A stretch of DNA of 64,000 nucleotides from Candidatus Woesearchaeota archaeon (lineage in GTDB: Archaea > Nanobdellota > Nanobdellia > Woesearchaeales > 0-14-0-80-44-23), in contig JAVZCZ010000001.1 of NCBI GenBank assembly GCA_038874135.1, forward strand, positions 512,001 to 576,000, given 5' to 3'. The notes below the pieces were generated by a model. The model was not told the DNA's origin and made no database searches. It saw nothing but the letters and a program-made list of their open reading frames with translations. A program made the translations under genes and the position numbers. Shown here piece after piece: positions 39,765 through 47,907 of the stretch (its first letter is position 1; every line of letters begins with the position of its first letter).

Positions 39765-41042
39765 ATGAAAATATTTTCAGATCTGCACATACATGGTAGG
39801 TATTCCAGAGCAACTTCAAAGGAGCTTAGCATAGAAAATTTGGAGAGATATGCGCGCATAAAGGGGCTTAACCTTCTGGGAACTGGAGACTTCACGCACC
39901 CATTATGGCTTAAAGAGTTAAAAGAGCGCCTGCACGAGGATGGAAGCGGAATATTAAGCACTAGCAGCGGCTTTAAGTTCCTGCTGCAGGCAGAAGTTTC
40001 TCTTATGTACTCACAAGGGGATAAGGCGAGAAAGATTCACCTAGTGCTTTTTGCTCCTGAATTTGAAAGCGTTGAAAGAATAAACAAATGGCTCTCAACA
40101 AAGGGAAGGCTGGACTACGATGGAAGGCCAATATTTGGAATGAGCGCTCCGGAATTTACTGAAAGGATTAAAGACATTGATGAAAGAGTAGAAATTGTGC
40201 CAGCTCACGCCTGGACGCCCTGGTTTGGAATATTCGGATCGGCAACTGGCTTTGATTCTATAGAGGAATGCTTTCAGGATCAGAGCAGACACATTAAAAT
40301 GTTAGAAACTGGGCTTTCCAGTGATCCTGAGATGAATTGGAGAATCTCAAAATTGGACAAGTACTCGCTAATCTCAAACTCAGACAGCCACTCCTTCTGG
40401 CCATGGCGTATTGGCAGGGAGTTAAATGTGAATGAGCTTAAAGAATTAAGTTATGAGAACCTGATAAGAAGCTTTGTAACAAGGCACAACTTCATGGAGA
40501 CTATAGAGGTTGATCCGGCATATGGAAAATACCACTTTGATGGGCACAGGGGCTGCCGAGTTTCAATGAGTCCTCAGGAGGCGATGCGGCATAAGAATAT
40601 ATGCCCTGTTTGCGGAAGGCCTCTCACTATAGGCGTAATGCACCGCGTTGAAGAGTTGGCTGACAGGCCTCCTGGATTTGTTCCTGAAGGTGCGGTTCCC
40701 TTTAGAAGGATTATACCGCTTGCAGAGTTGATAAGTGCAGTGCTGGGAGGCGGGCTTTCGTCGCGCGCTGTCACTAATACTTACTACTCAATCATAAAAG
40801 AATTTGGCTCTGAACTTGAAGTGCTTCTTAATGCTGAAGAGGATAAATTAAAAAGAATCTGCGGAAGGGAACTTGCTGAGGTAATAATGCAGAACAGGGC
40901 TGGAAAGCTGAATGTGGTCCCGGGCTATGATGGCGTGTATGGAACTCTGAATCTTGGAAACAAAAAGGTTATTATCGGAGATGATGAGCCTCAGTCAAAA
41001 AGAGAGGGCAGGTATACTCAGAAAGGCTTGTTAGAATTCTAA
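39765..41042 (+). CDS. Endonuclease Q family protein
   Basis: DLHIHGRYSRATS, GTGDFTHP, AHAWTP, ETGLSSD, SNSDSHS, GKYH..GH..C, CPVCG..LTIGV, PGYDG.YG. Confidence 0.9.
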   Translation: MKIFSDLHIHGRYSRATSKELSIENLERYARIKGLNLLGTGDFTHPLWLKELKERLHEDGSGILSTSSGFKFLLQAEVSLMYSQGDKARKIHLVLFAPEFESVERINKWLSTKGRLDYDGRPIFGMSAPEFTERIKDIDERVEIVPAHAWTPWFGIFGSATGFDSIEECFQDQSRHIKMLETGLSSDPEMNWRISKLDKYSLISNSDSHSFWPWRIGRELNVNELKELSYENLIRSFVTRHNFMETIEVDPAYGKYHFDGHRGCRVSMSPQEAMRHKNICPVCGRPLTIGVMHRVEELADRPPGFVPEGAVPFRRIIPLAELISAVLGGGLSSRAVTNTYYSIIKEFGSELEVLLNAEEDKLKRICGRELAEVIMQNRAGKLNVVPGYDGVYGTLNLGNKKVIIGDDEPQSKREGRYTQKGLLEF

Positions 41043-41047
41043 CCTGT

Positions 41048-41536
41048 TTAAAAGTAGTCGTCATAATAATTAGGCCTGACTGCTCCTCCGCACATCTCTG
41101 CAACTTTTTGTATGAATGCGTCTGCCCTGTCATAGTATTCCTTAATCCTATCAATGTCTATGTTTAATGTTTCGCGAGGGCTAAACTGGACTATCATTGT
41201 AACATGCCTTCTGTACTCTTCAACCTTCTTGTATTCCGAGCGGAGTATTTTTCTCAGGAGCAGAAAGAATTCTATCTCGTTAAGAATGTCCGGTCTATCC
41301 TTGTAAAGTGCTTGGAGCTCCTTGCACTTTATGCCCACATTTTTTGAATATGACTGAATCTTCTTCTGATTCTTCGCTTCTTCAAGCAGCGCTGTTATTG
41401 CCTTTTCATACGCTGTTGCCAGGCGCTCCACGATGGATCTTATAACATCCACCGTCCTGGTATATTTCAGACTCACATAGATTAGGTGATCAGCCCTTTT
41501 CATCTCTTCAAATGCTTCTCCGAGAGCTTCATTCAT
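41048..41536 (-). CDS. Conserved hypothetical helical protein (HEPN-like)
   Basis: RADHLIYVSLKYTRTVDV, EEYRRHVT; overlaps the upstream ORF. Confidence 0.7.
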   Translation of the reverse strand: MNEALGEAFEEMKRADHLIYVSLKYTRTVDVIRSIVERLATAYEKAITALLEEAKNQKKIQSYSKNVGIKCKELQALYKDRPDILNEIEFFLLLRKILRSEYKKVEEYRRHVTMIVQFSPRETLNIDIDRIKEYYDRADAFIQKVAEMCGGAVRPNYYDDYF

Positions 41537-42002
41537 TTTGGTTCGTGATGGCAGAAAGTTCTTCTATAAATATTTTTGTTTTAAGCACATATCCCTTCAG
41601 CTGTTCATAACTGAGCATCCTGGTTTTAAACTTGTCATCGCAGATTATAAACTTTCCATCCCTTACAAACTCTACAGGACTTTTTTTGTGCTCTTCTATT
41701 ATATTAAACATTTCTAAAGCAACTGTAGCGTAAGAAAAGCTTAGGCCGTTTCTTTTTAACGATTCTTTAAATGCTGGAAGGCGATCTAAAAAAGAATCAT
41801 TTTTAGGAGGGTGCATCTTGAATTTTTTCAGCTCTTTTCTCAGCAGAGAGTTCAGTGCAGTGTACATTGCTAAGAAGGTGTTCTCCAGAGCGGGGAGGAA
41901 GAGCCGAGCGTTCTTGTTTTGAGGATAGATGAAGTTCAAGATGTTTTCTGCAGCAGCAAGATAGCTCCTGGCAGTACCCCTCAACTCGCCGGCCTCAGCC
42001 AT
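41529..42002 (-). CDS. Conserved hypothetical helical protein (HEPN-like)
   Basis: HKKSPVEFVRDGKFIIC; similar size and layout to the neighbour. Confidence 0.7.
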   Translation of the reverse strand: MAEAGELRGTARSYLAAAENILNFIYPQNKNARLFLPALENTFLAMYTALNSLLRKELKKFKMHPPKNDSFLDRLPAFKESLKRNGLSFSYATVALEMFNIIEEHKKSPVEFVRDGKFIICDDKFKTRMLSYEQLKGYVLKTKIFIEELSAITNQNE

Positions 42003-42053
42003 TTCTTATAAAATATTGTTTTGACATTTTTAAAAGTTTTCAAGAAGATGGAG

Positions 42054-42184
42054 TGCGGGGAGTAGGATTTGAACCCACGTAGGCACTAAGCCAGCAGATG
42101 GCTCACGCGGAATAGCTCATCGGCAGCTGCCTCGCCACTCAAGCAACTTGAGTCTGCCCCGTTTGGCCACTCCGGCATCCCCGC
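42054..42184 (-). tRNA. tRNA-Leu(CAA) with 47-nt intron at 37/38 (42100-42146)
   Basis: GCGGGGA/TCCCCGC acceptor stem; GCAGA/TCTGC anticodon stem; long variable arm; TTCAAAT; BHB with central helix CTCA/TGAG. Confidence 0.95.
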
Positions 42185-42251
42185 ACGGCATTATGGCTGA
42201 GCTGCTGCTTTAAAAAGTTTTCTCAGGTTTCTAACCTTTTTTAAAGAAATA

Positions 42252-42259
42252 TTTATAAA
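42252..42259 (+). promoter_or_regulatory. TATA box of the uORF-polyamine operon
   Basis: AAAGAAA(BRE)-TA-TTTATAAA; predicted TSS about 42282. Confidence 0.6.
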
Positions 42260-42282
42260 ATGCAGGAGGCTCCTCTCTTCCG

Positions 42283-42360
42283 ATGAAAGCCCTGCTCAAG
42301 ATTGACGGATTTAAGAGTTCTGGAGCATTGTTTGACACAGTCAGCAGTTTTGGAAGATAG
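42283..42360 (+). CDS. Putative leaderless leader peptide MKALLKIDGFKSSGALFDTVSSFGR
   Basis: ATG at the predicted TSS; 25 codons; ends 58 nt before the dhs ATG. Confidence 0.5.
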   Translation: MKALLKIDGFKSSGALFDTVSSFGR

Positions 42361-42418
42361 GGGCAATTCTTCTTACAATAGATTTATTTTGTTTTAAAAA
42401 GTTTGGGAGGTTGGTCTT

Positions 42419-43363
42419 ATGGAGTATGTTAGGGATTTCAGATGGGAAAGGGGTTTAAGTGTTAAAAGGTTTACTTCACACCTTTCCAAGGTTGGTTTTC
42501 AGAGTGTAAATCTTGGAAGGGCTTGCGAGATTGTTGCTAAGATGAAGAGGGAGGGCGCTAAGATATATTTAACATTCACCTCTAACATGGTAACCTCAGG
42601 TCTTAGAGGCTTCTTTGCTCAGCTGATTGAACTCGGAATGGTTGACATTGTAGTAACCACTGTAGGGGGCTTAGAAGAGGACATAATGCGCGCGCATAAC
42701 GAAAGATTTGCAATTGGAAGCTTCAGAGCTGATGATGTTGCACTTCACGAGAGGGGAATGAACAGGGTGGGTAACATTCTGATAAGGGATGAGAGCTATG
42801 CTAATTTTGAGGATACAATAACAGGAATGTTAAAGAAGATTTATGAAAAGAGGAAGAGAATGACAAGTGCAGAATTTTTCAGAGAGGTCGGCTTGCTAAT
42901 TCAGGATAAAAACTCAATACTTCACCAGGCGGCTGTGAAAAATGTTCCAATATTTTGTCCCGCGATAACTGACGGGGCTCTCGGCTTTCACCTGTTTATG
43001 TTTCAGGAGAAGCATCCTGACTTTGTTATTGACTGCGTTAGGGATTTTAAGGACATAGTGACATTTACAAGTCAGGACGATAAGAAGGGCATAATCTGCC
43101 TTGGCGGGGGGGTCTCAAAGCATTATGCTATACTTTCAACTCTCATAAGCGGGGGGATGGATTATGCGGTTTACATGACTACTGCTACACCTTACAGCGG
43201 GAGCATGAGCGGGGCTTCAACCGACGAAGCAAAGAGTTGGGGGAAGATAAAGGACGATGCCGATGCCGTTACAGTGATAGGAGATGTCAGCATAACATTT
43301 CCTCTCATGATGTGTAGCGTTTTAGAAAGGCTCTCTGAAGAGGGGCTGATCAGGGGTGCTTAG
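42419..43363 (+). CDS. Deoxyhypusine synthase-family protein
   Basis: TSNMVTSGLR, GGLEED, NRVGN, PAITDG, GGGVSKH, GSMSGA..EAKSWGK (active-site Lys present). Confidence 0.95.
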   Translation: MEYVRDFRWERGLSVKRFTSHLSKVGFQSVNLGRACEIVAKMKREGAKIYLTFTSNMVTSGLRGFFAQLIELGMVDIVVTTVGGLEEDIMRAHNERFAIGSFRADDVALHERGMNRVGNILIRDESYANFEDTITGMLKKIYEKRKRMTSAEFFREVGLLIQDKNSILHQAAVKNVPIFCPAITDGALGFHLFMFQEKHPDFVIDCVRDFKDIVTFTSQDDKKGIICLGGGVSKHYAILSTLISGGMDYAVYMTTATPYSGSMSGASTDEAKSWGKIKDDADAVTVIGDVSITFPLMMCSVLERLSEEGLIRGA

Positions 43364-43365
43364 CG

Positions 43366-44391
43366 ATGGCGCGCTTTCTACTTAGCAGGAGGAAGGTCTT
43401 AGAACAATACTCAATTGTTAAAGGGTGTACAGATTATGTTTCATACAGCTTCAAAACCAACCCTGAGGTCGGACAAGTTCTTGAGAGTTCCACTGATTGT
43501 TTTTTCAGCATCTCTGCTCGTGCACATCTTGAAAGGATAGCTGACAAGGGCAGGGTAATATTCTTTGCTCAGGGCTGGAGTGAGAGTGAAATCTCTGAAT
43601 TATTAGATGCAGGTGTAAAGCGATTTACGGTTGACAACATTCAAGATCTGGAAACATTGAAGAGATTTATGAAGGGAAAGAATGTTAAAGTTTGGCTATT
43701 CCTCAGGATGAAGCTCAAAGAAAACACAATACATACGGGAAAGTATTTTGTTTTCGGAATGGGTGCAGAGGAAATAAAAAGTGCAATTAGAGATTTAGCA
43801 GATGCCTGCTGGATTGAAAGGTTGGGACTCCACTTTCACAGGAAAACGCAAAACACTAGTGAGTGGAGTTTAAAGGAGGAGATTGTTGAGTCCTTAGGAG
43901 AAGAAGTTCTCGGCAGAATCTCAATAGTTAACATGGGCGGAGGCCTGCCTTCAATTTACAAAAATTCCAGACCTGAGATTGAAAGCATTATGAAGAGGAT
44001 TTCTGAGTTTGCTAAATGGCTCAGAAGCAGGGGCATTCAGCTCATCATAGAACCCGGCAGGTTTATAGCTGCGCCCGCTGTAAAACTGGAAGCTGAAGTT
44101 AAAAGTGTATATGAGGGAAACATAATAGTGGACTGCTCAGTGTATAACTGCGCTATGGATACATTCATAATGAACACTCGGCTACTTGTAGAGGGGGAAC
44201 TTGAAGAGGGACTGGGAAGAAGGTATCTGATAAAGGGATGCACTCCTGATTCCATAGACATTTTTAGGTATAATGTTTGGCTGAGAGAAGTCAAACCGGG
44301 TGACAAGATAGTTTTCATCAATGCAGGTGCGTACAACTTCTACTCCGATTTTGATGGTCTTGAGAAGATAAAAACAGAGGTGGTGGATTAG
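43366..44391 (+). CDS. PLP-dependent Orn/Lys/Arg/DAP decarboxylase (alanine-racemase fold)
   Basis: YSFKTNP, HFH, NMGGG, IEPGR, NAGAY. Confidence 0.88.
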   Translation: MARFLLSRRKVLEQYSIVKGCTDYVSYSFKTNPEVGQVLESSTDCFFSISARAHLERIADKGRVIFFAQGWSESEISELLDAGVKRFTVDNIQDLETLKRFMKGKNVKVWLFLRMKLKENTIHTGKYFVFGMGAEEIKSAIRDLADACWIERLGLHFHRKTQNTSEWSLKEEIVESLGEEVLGRISIVNMGGGLPSIYKNSRPEIESIMKRISEFAKWLRSRGIQLIIEPGRFIAAPAVKLEAEVKSVYEGNIIVDCSVYNCAMDTFIMNTRLLVEGELEEGLGRRYLIKGCTPDSIDIFRYNVWLREVKPGDKIVFINAGAYNFYSDFDGLEKIKTEVVD

Positions 44392-44392
44392 G

Positions 44393-45259
44393 ATGAAATT
44401 CATGAACCTGCCTGAAGAATATTCTGGTCCAAATTCCAGATTTTTAATAGTTCCAATACCCTATGAGGGAAGGGTAAGCTGGATGTCCGGAGCATCAAGG
44501 GCACCTGCTAATATAATAAGGGCCTCTGCAAATCTGGAGTATTATGACGAAGAGTTTGAAGTAGAACCATTCCTGAAGGGAATTGCTACTTTAAAGAGTA
44601 TAACGCCCGGCAGGGTTTCTGAGGAAGCTGCTGTAAGAAGTATTGAAAGGAAAGTTGCCCAACTTAAAATAGAAGGTTCATTTCCAGTATTTCTTGGAGG
44701 GGATCACTCTGTTACAATAGGCGTTGTAAAAGGTCTTGAAAAGAAGTTTTTTGATTTTGGTTTTATAAGTATTGATGCACATTCTGACCTTAGAGAATCC
44801 TGGAACAAGTCGCGGTTTAATCACGCCTGCACTTCTAGAAGGGTTTTAGAAAATCATCCTGTGCTGATTGTGGGGCTACGCTCGCAGGATTCTGAAGAGG
44901 CGGAGATTATAAGAGAAGGGAGAGCTTTAGCTATAAAAAGGTATGAATATTCACCTCAGTTTCTAAAGAGTGCCCTAGCTAAATTACCTCAGAGCGTGTT
45001 TCTTTCAATAGATGTTGACGCTTTTGATCCTTCGCTGGTAAGATATACTGGAACCCCTGAACCCGGAGGATTCTTCTGGAATGAGCTTATAGAAATTCTA
45101 AAGCTAATATTTGAACATAAAAAGGTAATCGCTGCAGACGTAGTAGAATTTGCTCCTGGGAAAGATGAAAAAATTACCAATGCTGAATCATTTACAATTG
45201 CAAAACTCATTTACAAGATTTTTGCCTTGAAAATGCTAAGTGAAAAATGGAAAGCTTAA
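44393..45259 (+). CDS. speB: Agmatinase (ureohydrolase)
   Basis: GGDHS, DAHSD, HAC, SIDVDAFDP, TGTPEPGG, VVE. Confidence 0.92.
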   Translation: MKFMNLPEEYSGPNSRFLIVPIPYEGRVSWMSGASRAPANIIRASANLEYYDEEFEVEPFLKGIATLKSITPGRVSEEAAVRSIERKVAQLKIEGSFPVFLGGDHSVTIGVVKGLEKKFFDFGFISIDAHSDLRESWNKSRFNHACTSRRVLENHPVLIVGLRSQDSEEAEIIREGRALAIKRYEYSPQFLKSALAKLPQSVFLSIDVDAFDPSLVRYTGTPEPGGFFWNELIEILKLIFEHKKVIAADVVEFAPGKDEKITNAESFTIAKLIYKIFALKMLSEKWKA

Positions 45260-46266
45260 CCTTGCTGCACTGATTTTAAACGTTGAATTTCCAATTTGGG
45301 ATCTGGATCTGGATTAACATTTAGAGCACGAAATTCAATTCTGTCAAATCCGGGATTCTTTGAAACTCTTCCCTCTAAAAGAACTTGCATTCCTAATAAT
45401 GAATTTTTCAGCGCTGAGAGCTGTCCATCATTACTTTTAATGCTGAGAACCTCGTTCTCACCAAGTTTGAGAAGTTGAAGAACCTGCTCTTTAAAGCACA
45501 CCACTCTAACCGTGCCCGTGCCGTCATCTACAAAGAAATTCAAGACAAAGCTATAGCTTGGCGTTGAGGTTGGCCCGTGCACTTCACATATAAACCCTTC
45601 AGATCCCTGTTTCAATCTTCTTCTGCACTCTGGACAGGTCTCGTAAAAGTGAAGGTCAAAGACCTGAGTTATTGTCCCTAAAATTTGAACATAATCTCCT
45701 TCTTTAAGATCTGAAATCTGCCTGCGCGGCGTTGTTGGGATATTTGTTGGCTTCTTAGCCAGCTCGGGAACTCTCTCCTCTGGCGGGTTTAGTATGAGTT
45801 TTGAGCGGGAGTTGAGGTGAAGTTCCAGCTGGCCATTTCTCTCCCTAACATATCCAGACTTTATCTTTACGATGTCATTTTCTTTAAGATTTGCTGCAAG
45901 TTCTGCCTGCTCGTTCCAGAGCACCACTCTAATAGAGCCTGTTTCGTCAGAAAGTACGAAAGAGGAGACCTTTCCTGAAGAGTTCTGGGTTGAAAACTCT
46001 GTAGGTGGAAAGACCTTTTCTACGCGCCCAACAGTTTCAACATCTCTCATTCCCGAGAGTATGTTCTTGATTTGCACTCTGCCAGCTACTGAGTCAAACA
46101 GCTTTATGTTCAGCTCATGCGCGAGTATGTATGCTGCGCCCTCCCTGCTTATCATTCCTGAGAGTAGTTTTATCTTTTCATCCATCCTTTTTAGTATTTC
46201 ATCTTCAGAAAGGCCGCTCTTCTCCTTTATTCTGGCAATCACTTCTTCCATTGGTATTTTAAGCAT
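45256..46266 (-). CDS. rpa: Replication protein A (two OB folds plus Zn finger)
   Basis: DETGSIRVVLW, CPEC..C..H, DDGTGTVRV. Confidence 0.88.
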   Translation of the reverse strand: MLKIPMEEVIARIKEKSGLSEDEILKRMDEKIKLLSGMISREGAAYILAHELNIKLFDSVAGRVQIKNILSGMRDVETVGRVEKVFPPTEFSTQNSSGKVSSFVLSDETGSIRVVLWNEQAELAANLKENDIVKIKSGYVRERNGQLELHLNSRSKLILNPPEERVPELAKKPTNIPTTPRRQISDLKEGDYVQILGTITQVFDLHFYETCPECRRRLKQGSEGFICEVHGPTSTPSYSFVLNFFVDDGTGTVRVVCFKEQVLQLLKLGENEVLSIKSNDGQLSALKNSLLGMQVLLEGRVSKNPGFDRIEFRALNVNPDPDPKLEIQRLKSVQQG

Positions 46267-46309
46267 TTTAAGTGGTGTGCTTAATGGTTCTTATAAAAAT
46301 CTTTCTGAG

Positions 46310-46315
46310 AAAAAA
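46310..46315 (-). terminator. Oligo-T terminator of the sRNA
   Basis: T6 immediately after the terminal stem. Confidence 0.6.
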
Positions 46316-46407
46316 CGAGTTTTGCATGCGCTCCCCAGTTACTACCGTTCTTCATTGCCGAACGGCTCAGCGGGTGTTCACTCGGTCACTGCGCATTCTG
46401 CACTCGC
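46315..46407 (-). ncRNA. Stand-alone C/D-type guide sRNA enclosed by a perfect BHB motif
   Basis: Own TATA (46430-46437) and T6 terminator; D' CUGA, C' AUGAAGA; terminal K-turn AGU-GACC/GGGA; BHB CGAG-UGCA-GAA-UGCGC / GCGCA-UGCA-AAA-CUCG. Confidence 0.8.
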
Positions 46408-46450
46408 AAGAATTGTGGTGTGTATTTTTAATATAAAAAAATATGCCTGA

Positions 46451-46888
46451 TTAGAGAGTGCCAAGCTTCTTTTCAATTTCGGCTAACTCCCTTTCTAGCT
46501 CTTCAAGCTCTGAGGATAGTTTTTTAGACGGCTTGTTGTCTACGATTTTTGTACTGCCAGATGGTTGAGCTGCTATTTGAGTTTCCTGCTCTGTTTTCGG
46601 GATTGAACCGCCTTGAAGTTCAGGTATCATTCTGCGTGTCATCTCAACTATCTTTGAGATCTCATTTACTGTATGAATAAGCTCTTGAATTAGCTTTTCT
46701 TTTGTTTCTCTTTCCCTGGTTAGAGTGGTTTCCATTTGAAGAAGCTTTACTGCCTGCTTAGAAGTTTCAAGAATCTTTTTTCTGACCTCTGAGGGATTTT
46801 CTATTGATACAAAAAGCTCTTCTGGCTTCGTTTGCGTTGGGGGGTTCCTCTTTGTTTTTTTCTCATTCTTTTTTACCTGTTTAGGCAT
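46451..46888 (-). CDS. Coiled-coil hypothetical protein
   Basis: LFVSIENP..VRKKILE, C-terminal LEELERELAEIEKKL. Confidence 0.75.
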   Translation of the reverse strand: MPKQVKKNEKKTKRNPPTQTKPEELFVSIENPSEVRKKILETSKQAVKLLQMETTLTRERETKEKLIQELIHTVNEISKIVEMTRRMIPELQGGSIPKTEQETQIAAQPSGSTKIVDNKPSKKLSSELEELERELAEIEKKLGTL

Positions 46889-47140
46889 CTATTCCACCCC
46901 CGGCTCAAGCAGTATGTCGTCCAACTCGTTTATTCTATTTTCAATGTCTGATAAGATTGCTTGCCAGTTTTCCAGCTCCGAAGCTTCCCTTGCTTTTATG
47001 TCTTCAAGTTCTGCCAGTATTGCCTTAGCGTCTTTGAGCTTTCTCTTTATCAGCTCAAATGCGTCCAGCAAGTCCTTGTACTCTTCAATTTTTATAAATA
47101 CTGGAAGCTTTTTATCCTTCTGCGCTTGGACTGCCGGCAT
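46889..47140 (-). CDS. Coiled-coil hypothetical protein
   Basis: PVFIKIEEYK...ELENW; GGTGGTAGGAG SD-like sequence upstream. Confidence 0.8.
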   Translation of the reverse strand: MPAVQAQKDKKLPVFIKIEEYKDLLDAFELIKRKLKDAKAILAELEDIKAREASELENWQAILSDIENRINELDDILLEPGVE

Positions 47141-47150
47141 CTCCTACCAC

Positions 47151-47828
47151 CTAAAGGTTTCCGAAAAGCTGATCATCTACATATATCAGCTTTCTTTCTA
47201 TGTCTTCCAGCTTTGCGCGCCAATTCTCTAGTTCTGCATCTTCATTCTCCTTTAAAGCTCTCAGCGATTGTAGGGAAGAATTTGCACTCTTAATTATGCT
47301 TTTAACAGTTGAAAGTTCGCGCAGTATCGCCTTATACTTGTCAACCTTGAGGAATATTGGCTTTGCAGTGTCCAGCTCCCTTTTTATCTGAGGGTTAATT
47401 TCTGAAGTTGCTGGCTCAACCGGATTAGATATTTGAGATTGCTGTGATAGATAAGCTGTTTGGCTCTTGACTCCTGATGGCATTTCCTGCCTATTATCCA
47501 ATGTGCCCGTTGGAAATGAAAATGGTTGAAAGCGTCTGCCCTGATTATCTGCGCCTGGAATACTTGAAAAGTCTGGCTCTTGAGGCTCTTGAGATGGGTA
47601 GTACTTCTTGAATAGGGCATCATACTCATCCGCTGAAGATTTAGTTTCAGTTTGCTTAGGCTCTGGAAATGGAGAAGGTGTGCTTTCAAATGGCTGCGAT
47701 GCGAATGGTTGTTCTGGCGGTTCAGGAATCTGCTGAAATTGCTGTCCAGCCTGCGGCACTTGCTGAGGCGTAGGCGACTGCATAGAAGATTGTTTATTAT
47801 CCTTTTTTCCGAAGAGTGAAAAAGCCAT
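47151..47828 (-). CDS. Hypothetical protein with Q/P/S-rich linker and coiled-coil domain paralogous to 46889-47140
   Basis: MAFSLFGKK start; PIFLKVDKYK...ELENW. Confidence 0.8.
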   Translation of the reverse strand: MAFSLFGKKDNKQSSMQSPTPQQVPQAGQQFQQIPEPPEQPFASQPFESTPSPFPEPKQTETKSSADEYDALFKKYYPSQEPQEPDFSSIPGADNQGRRFQPFSFPTGTLDNRQEMPSGVKSQTAYLSQQSQISNPVEPATSEINPQIKRELDTAKPIFLKVDKYKAILRELSTVKSIIKSANSSLQSLRALKENEDAELENWRAKLEDIERKLIYVDDQLFGNL

Positions 47829-47907
47829 ATGTACACCCCTTTTTTGAGAGAAAACCTTTTGAAAAGTTAAAAAGTTTTATTAGCATTAAAAAATAGTAAC
47901 ACTTGCT

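Noticed and set aside
46315-46407. 5S rRNA or TPP riboswitch (GAACACCCG, GCUGAG, GGUAGU motifs)
   Set aside because: Too short for 5S and lacks loop C CCGAAC; lacks the TPP P4/P5 consensus. The C/D plus BHB model explains nearly every nucleotide.
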